A stretch of DNA of 64,000 nt from Azolla caroliniana (taxonomy: Eukaryota > Plantae > Polypodiophyta). The first letter of the stretch is position 1, and each line of letters begins with the position of its first letter. The DNA is taken from the NCBI GenBank assembly GCA_043228905.1, contig JBHGNT010000004.1, positions 18,476,001 through 18,540,000 on the forward strand, given 5' to 3'. Position numbers and translations under genes: made by a program. Shown one piece after another: positions 46,151 to 57,249 of the stretch. A model generated the notes under the pieces. It was not told the DNA's origin. It did not search any database and was given only the letters and a program-made list of their open reading frames with translations.

Positions 46151-49100
46151 TGTTCAAAGATCAAACTCAATTTAATTTAGTTAGTTAGTCAACCATGTAA
46201 CTTCGTAGTTATCTAGATAGAATCTAGTTAGAAGTTTTCACTATAACGCCTTAAATAGGACATTGTACTTAAGTAGGATATTCTAGATCCTCCACTCCTA
46301 AATACATTTAATATAGGACTTACACCTTAGTACTTATATTCTACTCACACATGTGCACCTTTGCACATGAGATGTATATATACCTTATTGTGGGTATTTT
46401 TGTATTTGATGATGATAATGCTAACTTAATATAGTTACTCATCCCCCATCTTGTGTTGTTCATAAGTGTATCTCTCTCTCTCTCTTCCTCTCACACACAT
46501 ACACACACATATCACTTAATCTTCCGCTTAATTTAATCACATAATTAGGCACTAATTAACCCATATTTAATTATCTAATTATTAACATGGTATCAAAACG
46601 TGTTGTTTAGCACATTCACTAAGCCCGTCCGCCTCTTCATAATTATGTGTTCAAAATGCCGACGACAAATTCCGGCTATCCGCTACCATAGTGCCTCTAC
46701 GTAGCATGAGTACGTGATCGAAGGAAGAAAAGCCAAAAGAAAGACACTACAAGCAACATGAACACACAAATGGGTAGTTCGCTCCCTAGTGAAAAGCTAG
46801 ACCGGAGCAATTATTCATCTTGGGAGTACAAGATGACCCAATACCTTGTCGGCCAAGGGTATTGGAGCTACATCAACGACGCTCAAGAAAATCGACCCGA
46901 CGCAAAGAACGCCGACTACTCAACATGGGAACAAGCGGCTAGTCATGTCATGTATTGCTTGGCAACATGTTTCCACGACCACATGCTCAGCCATATTCGA
47001 GACACCAAGATGCCTAAAGAGGCATGGGAGAACTTCAAGAAACTGTTCGTCGCCAACATGACCGCCCAAAAGCTTCAAGTCTGTGAAGAGTTGAAGAACA
47101 TTTGGCAAAAAGACATGTCCATGTCATACTACACCGCCAAGATCAAGAGCATTTGCGACTCGCTTGGCTCCAACAAATTAAACATCGACAAAGACAAGAT
47201 GGTTCAAGTATGCTTGGGCGGCCTCGCACATTGAGGACGACAATCTTGGCGAGGGAAAAACCTCCTTCATTCTTCGACCTTCAATCAATGCTAATGGTTG
47301 AAGAGAACCACATCCAAACCAAAACCAAGACATCGGAAGGACAAATGTTCTTCTTGAATTTGGATGGTGGCCGAGGACGAGGTCACGGCGGTAGAAGAGG
47401 CCAATTCGTCCCATCACACGAAGGGAACTCAAACCTTCATGGAAGCCATCGAGCAACTTTCAGAAGAAGGGGGAGCTTCCATGCTGAACAAGGTTAGCAA
47501 ATGAGGCCCGCAACTTGCAACTATTGCGCAAAAATCGGTCACCGCGAGGAGTGCCGAAAAAGAATAAGTGATCGGCTTCGACAAGTTGACAACTCACGAA
47601 TTATGCAACCAACTCCAAATACGACGACTACGACGGACTATTCGTAATGAGGCATAGAGTGAACTCTATGTCGGCCTCCTACTCCACAAGCATCTCCAAT
47701 TTTAAAAGACGTGTGGTTCATCGATTCCGACGCCTCACATTACATGACATCCTACAAAGAGTGGTTCAATGGCTTGCGTACACCGGACCGACCCAGCTTC
47801 ATAAAGACAGGAGACGACACCACACATCCCATTCAGAACATCATCAAATTTCCATTCGGGAAAGAAGGCGAACAAACTTGCATCAAGAATGTCTTGCACG
47901 TGCCCACAATAACGAAGAATTTAGTCTCGGTTAGCCAAATCGTGTAGCAAGGCATGCAAGTTCGCTTCAATGATGAAGGTTGTTTCATCGAGAAAGATGG
48001 CCGACTCATAGCAAAGGGACGGATAGACGGTCACATGTTCATCCTCAATTCGAACGATGTGAAATAGGACATGTATGCCAAAGGTCTCAAAACCGAGACA
48101 AGCATCGAGTTGTGGCACAATAGAATCGGCCACATCAACCTCCAACCGCTCTGATCGATGCAAACAAAGGGAGTCGTCATCAGACTTCCGTCATTCGAGT
48201 CGACCGAGTATGCGAAGCATGCCAACTCGGTAAACAACATCGAATCCCATTCCCAAAGGAGAGGTACGCAAGGAATGGCCGAGTCATCGACATCATACAC
48301 CCAGATGTATGGGGACCGGGCTCAAATGCTAACGATTGGTGGATGCCGATTCTACGTCACCTTCATTAACGACTACTCGTGCTACACGTGGATCTTCCTG
48401 ATGAAGAAGAAGAGTGAAGTGTTCTCCCACTTCCAAAAGCTCAAGGGCCAAGTCGAAAAAGAAACCGGTCAACACATCTGATGCTTACGATCAGATGGAG
48501 GCAATGAGTACTTCTCCGATGAATTCACCTCCTACCTCCAAAGTGAAGGCATTCAGAGAGAATTCTTGTGCCGACACACACCCCAACAAAATGTAGTAGC
48601 CGAAAGGAAGAATCGGCAAATACTTGAGGTAGCACGTGCCATGATGCATGAGAAGCACATGCCGAACTTCTATTGGGCCGTCTATCTCATTAACCGGTGC
48701 ACCACCAATGGAGTCCATGAGCTAACTCCCTATGAGCTCCTCGTCGGAAGGAAGCCGATCCTGTCGCACCTCAAGGTTTTCGGAAGCATTGCGAATGTAT
48801 GGATCTCGAACGAACAACGACAGAGTCTTCAACGAGTCTGCATCCTGGTATGCACCAGAGACAACTTCGACTCCGACTCCGCTCAACCCGAAATCCGCCG
48901 AACAAGAGGTAGAAGATGGAGATCGCTTCAAACACATATTCAAAGAAAGTCCAATTACGGCAAGGCCTAGTGGGCCACGAGAGCCCCCACACGACCCAAG
49001 CATGTCGCGGCCAAGTATGAACTTGGCTAAAGGCAAAGGTAAGAGGCCCGAATACAAAGTCGATCACCCCGACAACAGTGATTCAGATGTGTCGGCTCCG

Positions 49101-49950
49101 TCACTAGACAGTGAGTTTGGTGTACCCATCATGCAGACACTCGGAGCAAACAAGGCGCTCACATCAGCGAGCATAAAACTTCGACGCTCATCTAGAGTTA
49201 AGAACCCCGTCACTCAGCACGGCTACAACGAGTACATGGCCCATCACTATGCCTTCGCGATGAAGGTAGCGGCCGAACAAAAGCCCAAGAGCTCCACCGA
49301 AGTGGCTCGTAACCCACGATGGGTGGAAGTAGTTGGCCTTCGCCCACACACTACAAGCCTTCGTCACCGGCTTGAGGGGGAGGACCCGAGATTGTCACGG
49401 CGAAGCAAGCCGGAGGCCGGACAGAAGCCGCACAGAAGCCGACATCGAAAGCCAGACAACGCCAAAAGCCAAAGCGGATGTTGGACGCCTCACACTTGAG
49501 CTTGAGGGGGCGTGTTGAGAGATCAAGCTCAACTTAGTTTAGTTAGGTAGTCAACCATGTAACTTCGTAATTACCTAGATAGAATCTAGTTAGAAGACGT
49601 GTTGACTATAATACCTTAAATAGAACCTTGTACTTAAGTGGGATATTCTAGATCCTCCACTACTAAGTACATTTAATATACGACTTACACCTTAGTACCT
49701 ATATTCTACTCACACATGTGCACCTTTGTAGTTGAGATGTATGTATACCGCATTGTCGGTATTTTTGTATTTGATGATGATAATGATAATTTAATATAGT
49801 TACTCGTCCCCCATCTTGTGTTGTTCATAAGTGTATCTCTCTCTCTCTTCCTCTCACACACATAGATACACATATCACATAAACTTCCGCTTAACTTAAT
49901 CACATAATTAGGCACTAATTAACCCATGTTTAATTACCTAATTATTAACA
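46151..49950 (+). mobile_element. Internally deleted Ty1/Copia element lacking RT and RNase H
   Basis: LTRs 46151-46587 and 49513-49950. TSD AGAGG. PBS TGGTATCAAAA. gag 46758-47234, PR WFIDSDAS, integrase 48110-48820. Sequence jumps from NPRWVEV to the 3' end at ~49330. Confidence 0.95.
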
Positions 49951-51180
49951 AGAGGTATGTAAGTGTCATGGACACACCAACCACAAACTGGAATGGAGCA
50001 CGGATGATGGAACTACGACAGTGGAACTTAAGAAGCGGGGAACGACACAAGAGCATGACGTAATAGAATATTTTGTATAAAGTGTTTAATTAAGTGTTTC
50101 CATAAAGCTCAACTAAAACATTTAAGTCGTTTGGACAATAAAGAGGCTGATGCACTTGCTCAAGATCAACTGAAGAAATTGAAACTTGAGACAATATGAA
50201 TTTTGGAAGTGTGAAGATACGAAAACTCATATGGAGGTATGTAACTGTCATGGACACAACAACCACAAACTGGAATAGAGCACAGATGATGGAACTACGA
50301 CTGTGGAACTTAAGAAGCGGGGATCGACACAAGAGCATAACGTCATAGAATATTTTGTATAAAGTGTTTAATTAAGTGTTTGCATAAAGCTCAACTAAAA
50401 CATGTAAGTGATTTGGAAAATAAAGAGGCCAATGCACTTGCTCAAGATCAATTGAAGAAATTGAAACTTGAGACAATATGCATTTTGAAGAGTGTGAAGA
50501 TGCGAAAATTCATATGGAGATATGTAAGTGTCATGGACACACCAACCACAAACTAGAATGGAGCACGGAGGATGGAACTACGACCGTGGAACTTAAGAAG
50601 CAGGCAATGACACAAGAGCATGACGTCATAGAATATTTTGTATAAAGTGTTTAATTAACTGTTTCCATAAAACTCAACTAAAACATGTAAGTCATTTGTA
50701 CAATGAAGAGGTTGATGCACTTGCTCAAGATCAATTGAAGAAATTGAAACTTGAAACAATATGCATTTTGGAAGAGTGTGAAGATGCGAAAACTCATATG
50801 GAGATATGTAAGTGTCATGGACACACCAACCACAAACTAGAATGCAGCACGGAGGATGGAACTACGACTGTGGAACTTAAGAAGTAGGCAATGACACAAG
50901 AGCATGACGTCATAGAATATTTTGTATAAAGTGTTTAATTAACTGTTTCCATAAAACTCAACTAAAACATGTAAGTCATTTGTACAATCAAGAGGTTGAT
51001 GCACTTACTCAAGATCAATTGAAGAAATTGAAACTTGAGACAATATGCATTTTGGAAGAGTGTGAAGATGCGAAATCTCATATGGAGATATGTTAGTGTC
51101 ACAGACACACGAACTGCAAACTGGAATGGAGCATGAATGATGGAGCTAAGACCGTGCAACTTAAGAAGTGGATGACGTAA
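49951..51180 (+). repeat. Tandem array, ~283-bp unit, built from the RNase H end of the host plus an adjacent inserted sequence
   Basis: Unit start AA(G/C)TGTTT(C/G)CATAAA at 50092, 50374, 50657 and 50941. The first copy starts at ~45559 and is interrupted by the solo LTR and the Copia. Confidence 0.93.
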
Positions 51181-51332
51181 GTTTCTAGAATATTTTGGAA
51201 TGTAGTATATGCTAGAATATACCATATAATTAAGCTATTATATACACATGGTCGTATCCAAATGGTTGAGCATGACGTCTTGTTGAAATGAGGTTGTAGG
51301 TTCTATCCTCACCAACTATATATGTCATGTCA
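51097..51332 (-). mobile_element. Short solo-LTR-like or SINE-like insertion with a second, divergent tRNA-like module
   Basis: TGTCA..TGTCA ends. A-box-like TATCCAAATGG (51255) and B-box-like GGTTCTATCC (51299) on the + strand. It interrupts the host between RNase H and integrase. No clear TSD. Confidence 0.45.
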
Positions 51333-51369
51333 TTGTGTTTTGATAATGAGTTTCTTAATGGTTATGATT

Positions 51370-52540
51370 TTGTTAAAGGTTTAAATCCTACACAAAGAAA
51401 ATGACTGGTGGTTAGAGCATCCCAATATATGATGGTGGATAAGGACTTACATCATAAAGGCAATGATGGAGTTTTACTATGAGTGCCTATTGAGGAGGAA
51501 GTTATGGAGATCTTACAAAAGATGCAGGAGGCGGCTAATGGAGGGCATTTTTCTCATGATATCATGTGGAGAAAAATTTTAGTAACATGTTTTACATGGC
51601 GTTCTATCCACAAAGATATTCATGAATGGTGCAAGTTGTGTGATGCTTGTCAAAAGACAAGAAGGAGACATCTTCGAGCAGCCCTTTGCATCCTATTGTG
51701 GTTTTTGCTTCCTTTGAAAAATGGGGAATTGATGCAGTGGGTCCCTGTACAAGAACCCAAAATGGTAAAAAGTTCATATCGGTAGATATTGATTACATGA
51801 GTAAGTGGGTAGAAGCAATGTCAACATCCTCGATTAAAGCAAGAGACGTTGGCTTGCTTATTAGAAAGGTTAAAGATCAAACATAGGTATTCTACCCCCT
51901 ATTATCCTCAAGCTAATGGAGCAGTCGAAAAGGTAAATGGTATTTTGGTTAAAAATCTTCAAACACTTGCAACAAATAGAACAAAAACATGGGATAAGTT
52001 GCTTGATGATGTTGTATGGGCCTATCGTATATCATATAAGTCATCTATAGGTTTTACACCTTTCTTTTTAGTGTACGGACAAGAAGATTTATTTCTAATT
52101 GAACTTCAAGTTAGAAGCAATCAACTCTTAAGAGCATTTCTACGTGATGAAGAATGCTTCATGATGGATAGGTTGTCACAAAACCATATTCTACAATATT
52201 CAAGGGAAGAAGCAGTAGAGCATTATATACAACATGCTTGGAGGAGCAAGAAGTATTATGTCAAAAACTCAAGAAAAGATACTTTTTTAAAAGGATCTCT
52301 TGTCCTTCTCTATGACAATCTTTTTGACAATATAAAACTTAGGACAAAAGATGATAAATCATTGGGAAGGACATTTTGTGGTGCACGATTGCTTTGACAA
52401 TGGAAGTTATCAACTCAATAACTTGGATGGGAATATTCATGAACTACGTGTGAATGGGTGGAACCTAAAGAAGTACGTGAATAGTGGACCTACCTACATT
52501 TCTATAATGGATAAGGATATTCAAGAAAACGATCATTGAG
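51370..52540 (+). pseudogene. Integrase remnant of the Tat-like host
   Basis: GGHFS..CKLCDACQK, EKWGIDAVGP and STPYYPQANGAVE (ORFs 51483-51785, 51647-51886, 51849-52397). Confidence 0.9.
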
Positions 52541-54487
52541 AACAAGAAGTGGATTTGTACCCAAGCATATTCGCTAACTAATTCATGATCCTCCTTTGTT
52601 GGGAAATAGGGAAGATTATAATATCGTTGCCATCTTTTAAATTTGTGTTTTTGTAGGAGTGTGAGTTTTTTTCCCCATCGCTTAATAGGGGTTTTTCTCA
52701 CACAATGATTTGTTACATTTTTAGGATTTATACTCTTTCTTTGTGTATAGCCTACCATAAAGTGAAGGAGTTTTTTCATTTTCTTTTTTAGGCTCAACTT
52801 CTATATGGTCTTGAAAATGATGATATCAACTTCTTGTAACATCTCCTTTAATTTTAATTTTTTAAAGATTAGGTGTTCTAGATCTTTGTTACTCAAATCT
52901 ATGAAAAAAAAACCTATGGCTATTAAGAAAGTAAGCTTTTTTACCTTAAACAATAGTTTTACTTTTTAGTAAATAATATTTAACGAAAAAAATGGTATTT
53001 ACTATACTTCCAAGGTGTTTACCATCCTCGATTGATCAAAACATACTCAAATGCGAATGTACCTATGGTAAGTATCCTTCAAACTATGCTTGAGTCTAGA
53101 AGATTTTTAAAATATGTTTGAAATATAGATGTTGTTATCCTCTTTTGACATTGACTTACATTTTGCATCACTATTTCTTCTTTGTTGCTCTAATATTTTG
53201 AGTCTATGTGGGGCATTCAAGATTTTTAAAATATGAATGGAATATCTATGTAGTTATCCACTTTCAACAGTGACACACATCTTTCCCATCATTATTTGTT
53301 CTTTGTACCTCCAATATTTTCATACAAGGCTTTGTTGTAAGGCCCATGTCATGAGCTTTTTAATAATAGTTGACTTTCTCAATTTGCATATCATTTGTTG
53401 AAGTTATTAGCAGTTTCCTCAATTTGTTTTAGACGACGTGCAATTTTTTTATACATGTTGGCTTTTTTGAAAAGTCCTTTCTTTTTTAATTGTTGTGATG
53501 CATAAATCCTCCATATTGACATTTATCTTTGAGTATCCTAGCATCCAACATATTGAGAACAATTCTCCATTCAAAACAAAACATTGATTTCATATTATGT
53601 ACATGGGATTGGTTTGTCCATCAATTCATCCTATATCGAAGTTCCGGTGGATGATAATCACATGAAATGCTCTAGAAAGTTGAACATATTCTATATTTGA
53701 TGACATTGCTAAGAATAAACTATCTTCCTTTCGTAGATACCCCTATTTCCCTTAACATCGTTGTTGTTTCAACGCCATCACTACTCGAGGGTCCTATAGC
53801 CAACACCTTATAAATGTTTTAAAACATGTGAAGATCTCTCTTTGAGAGATATTTGTATGAGAAGAATTTCATGATATTGGTGCTATGTGAATGCCGAATG
53901 TAAAAGCTCCAAAAATATAATTACTTGAAGGTGCTTTCATTATGTATCGATCTAGCGTGCCTAGTAGACAATCCTTATCCAAATATTGTTGAACTACGAG
54001 CATATTTTCTTTACTCTGGGGAATTACATTGATTAAGTGGATAAGTTCTATTTGATTGATGAGGAATCAAATCCGATTTAAACTAAAAATTACATGTTAG
54101 TATTAAGAATAGAGAAGAATATGATACATGATTTCCATTGAAAACAACATAATTATTTACATCTTACGAACTGCGAGCCGGTTCTCGTGGGCTGCGAGCC
54201 ATGGAGAAGTCAGGAGAAACTGAAGCTGAGAAATCATTGCCAAGACGTGCAGGCAACGACTTTGGATGTAAAAGCGTGACAAGACGTGCTAACTAATGGC
54301 AATTACTAGCCACACGCATTGGATTGTGGGTCAAACGTCTCAATTATTGGATACGCTTCCAGAACATTATTTCCGAAGCTCCACGTGAATAATCCGCAAC
54401 ATCTTTGAGTATTTAAAACAGAGATTTTCTGCCTAAACAACTCATCAAGGCGCCTTTCAAGATCTTGGAAAAAAATAGTGTGACACA

Positions 54488-55171
54488 ATGAGGCTGCTAA
54501 ACTTAACTGTTGTTGCAGTGTTAGAGGTGCTCTTGTGTGTGGTGGGGGTTGTGCTGGTATTAGCCAAGCCACCACAAAGCCCAGTCCAATGCTCTAACGG
54601 AACGCACAACTGCACCATAAAAAATGCATACGGCGCATGGGCCGACCGGCAGGAATGCGTGGCCTCTTCCGCGGTCTTTCCGACCACGGAAGCTGCCCTG
54701 GTGGCCGCGGTGGCCCGAGCCGTCCGCCTCGGCAAGAAGGTCAAAGTCATATCCCCGTGGGCGCATAGCATGCCGAAGCTAGCATGCCCCGATGGTCGTG
54801 ACGGCATCATCATCAGCACAAGCCGCTACAACCGTCGGATCATGGTCGACAAGTCGAGAAAGACGGTTGAAGTCGAGGCTGGTGTCTACCTCCGCCAGCT
54901 CGTCGACGCAGTAGCTGAGCAAGGCCTTGCCCTCCCTTACATGCCGTACTGGGGTGCGGTTAGCATCGCGGGGCTTATTAGCACGGGTGCTCATGGTAGC
55001 TCGCTCTTTCAGAAGGGCGGGGCCGTACATGAGTATGTCGTCAGCTTGCGCCTCGTCATACCCGCCACCAAAGCTCAGGGCTATGCGCGCGTCGTGGTGC
55101 TCGATGCATCAAAACCCAAGGAGTTTAATGCTGCGAAAGTCGGCCTCGGAGTCCTAGGGGCTATATCCACT
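54488..55171 (+). CDS. GULLO: L-gulonolactone oxidase-like / D-arabinono-1,4-lactone oxidase family FAD oxidoreductase, exon 1 of 3
   Basis: Signal peptide, CTIKNAYGAWADR, HSMPKLAC, PYWGAVSIAGLISTGAHGSSL and AAKVGLGVLGAIS. GT donor at 55172, phase 0. Confidence 0.93.
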
Positions 55172-55443
55172 GTGAGCTACAGTTCTCTCTCTCTCTCTCT
55201 CTCTCTTTGTGTCTCCTGTCTATGCTATCCGAGAAGAATTAACGTTTGATTATGGCATTGAATCCACTGATTCTGGCCAAAACCTTCAATTGCAAATGCT
55301 GAAATAATCCAGGCGTATTTTAATCTATCTGCGATTTATTATCTTCCTGTGATAAAACACCAAGCGATGAGGACGATTAACATCGTAAGTTATACAATCA
55401 TTCTAATGGCCTTTGTTCCCTTTGGTCCATATCATTGTAACAG

Positions 55444-55699
55444 GTTACTTTGCAATTGGAGCCAATGTTCAAACATTCTATTACGAACGAGGAAGCATCC
55501 GATGATGACATTGAAGAGAGAGTTAAAGAATTTGGATTAGCATATGAATTTGGTGACCTATCATGGCTTCTTTCACAAAAGACTGTTGTTTACAAGAAGG
55601 ACTTTAGGGTTCCCATCAAAACGGAAGGGGATGGAGTGAAGGATAATCCTGCCTTTGTGCCAACATATCCCACAGAAGCGGAGACTTATCGTGCACTAG
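55444..55699 (+). CDS. GULLO: L-gulonolactone oxidase-like protein, exon 2 of 3
   Basis: CAG acceptor at 55441-55443. VTLQLEPMFK..EFGDLSW..DFRVP. GT donor at 55700, phase 1. Confidence 0.9.
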
Positions 55700-55997
55700 G
55701 TAATGCTTAAAGGTCTAGATGGGTTAAACAATTTCTTTTAATGACAATATATTGTCAGACTGAGCTTAGATTATACATTAAAGTTTACATTGAATACGTT
55801 AAACCGATTATAACAAGGACATTCTGCAATCATAATTTTCACAAACATAGAGTAGATTCGATGCTGTCAAGATCCTTACCACTGTAGGTTTGGCATAGTA
55901 CCACTTTCATAGTAAATTTCCTCTATAGTACGACTTTGCATATATGACACCCGTTTTGAGATGCTGCTGAGACATGATTAACCTAATAATAATGCAG

Positions 55998-56827
55998 AGA
56001 CTTCCTTAAACACCAAGGGAAGCGGCAAAAAACTTTGTAGCATCGTAAAGAAACAGGCGTCATTGTCATCGGAGACAGGCTACGGATTCAAGAACAAAGA
56101 TGATTTGTTCACGGGGTATCCAGTCATCGGCTTCCACAACCGCGTAACAACTTCCTGCGAGTGCCTCCAGACACCCGACGATGATGAGCGGGTGTGCGCA
56201 TGGGACAACCGCATCAACGGCCGCTTCATCCATGACACATCTGCCGCGATCGACATCCACAAGTTCCCCGACTTCATCCGTGATGTCAAATCCCTACGTG
56301 ACCTCCATCCTTCCTTCCTCTGCAATGCGGACGTCTATGGTGGCATCCTTATGCGTTACATCAAGAACTCTTCGGCATTTCTGGGCGGACAACATGATGC
56401 CATTAGCTTCGACATTCTTTATTACCGCTCCCGTGACCCTTTACACCCACGCCTTCACGAAGACATTTGGGAGGAAGTCGAACAGATGGTATTCTTCAAA
56501 TATGGTGGCCGCCCTCACTGGGGCAAGAACCGGCCGGTCGCCTTCATCGGCGTCGCTAGCAAGTATCCCAACATTCGTCGTTTCATTGCCATCAAGAATC
56601 GCTTCGATCCACGTGGTCTCTTCTCGAGTGCATGGTCCGATGCGATGCTTGGCCTTGTGCCCCTCCCACTCTCCCAATCCGATGGTTGTGCTCTTGATGG
56701 TCTCTGCATTTGCTCCAAAGACTCCCATTGCGCACCCCAACATGGTTATTATTGTCGACCTGGTCGAATCTATCGAGATGCTCGAGTTTGCCGAAAAGTC
56801 AATCATGGTGATGATGGACAAAGTTGA
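55998..56827 (+). CDS. GULLO: L-gulonolactone oxidase-like protein, exon 3 of 3 (ALO domain plus Cys-rich tail)
   Basis: CAG acceptor ends at 55997. FTGYPVIG, CAWD, YGGILMRY, GGRPHWGKNR and DGCALDGLCICSKDSHCAP. Spliced CDS is 684+256+830 = 1770 nt, giving 589 aa. Confidence 0.93.
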
Positions 56828-57249
56828 GATCAGCCATAGTGATGAAATGACAAATTAAAAAATTTGGTTATGCTTTTGTTGAATGCTTATTACAACATTT
56901 AAAAAAAACATTGCATTGTAATAAAGAAATTATTCATATGGTTGAATGTTCATTAAAATAACATTCTATATTAACAATGAAATGAAATAATATTAACAAA
57001 GAAATTATTCATATGGTTGAATGCTTGAATGTTGATTATAGTTTACAAGAAAATAATATTGTATATTAACAAAGAAATAATTGACATGTATTACAAGTAG
57101 TAAACACATGTGGATAATAATAATAATAATAAGAGAAAGCTGACTATGGTTGAAATAATTAAGGCGTTGCTCATAATAATACTTTTTTTGTTCTGAGATT
57201 CTCTCTCTCTCTCTCTCTTTTGTTTTTTTTCATAAATAATGGCTTTCAT

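Larger units (their letters stand above)
17659..52540 (+). mobile_element. Old, fragmented Tat-like Ty3/Gypsy element with an additional RNase H; host of at least six later insertions
   Basis: Candidate 5' LTR 17659-18271 with a PBS-like sequence. gag 18343-18524 plus 28400-29300. Protease ALVDSGA ~29580. RT PVAQKLRRL|GMVQNEAL reads across the chromovirus TSD (30218/35864). RH ~36600-37007, second RNase H 45238-45625, integrase 51370-52540. No 3' LTR found. Confidence 0.8.

Noticed and set aside
52560-54150. AT-rich stretch that may be a decayed minus-strand TE ORF or the missing 3' LTR of the Tat-like host
   Set aside because: No similarity to the candidate 5' LTR (17659-18271) and no motif I could assign; needs a TBLASTX or RepeatMasker search.
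55172-55249. C-terminal extension of ORF 54488-55249 (VSYSSLSLSLSL..)
   Set aside because: Read-through into intron 1 across a (CT)n tract; the GT donor at 55172 and in-frame exon 2 explain it.
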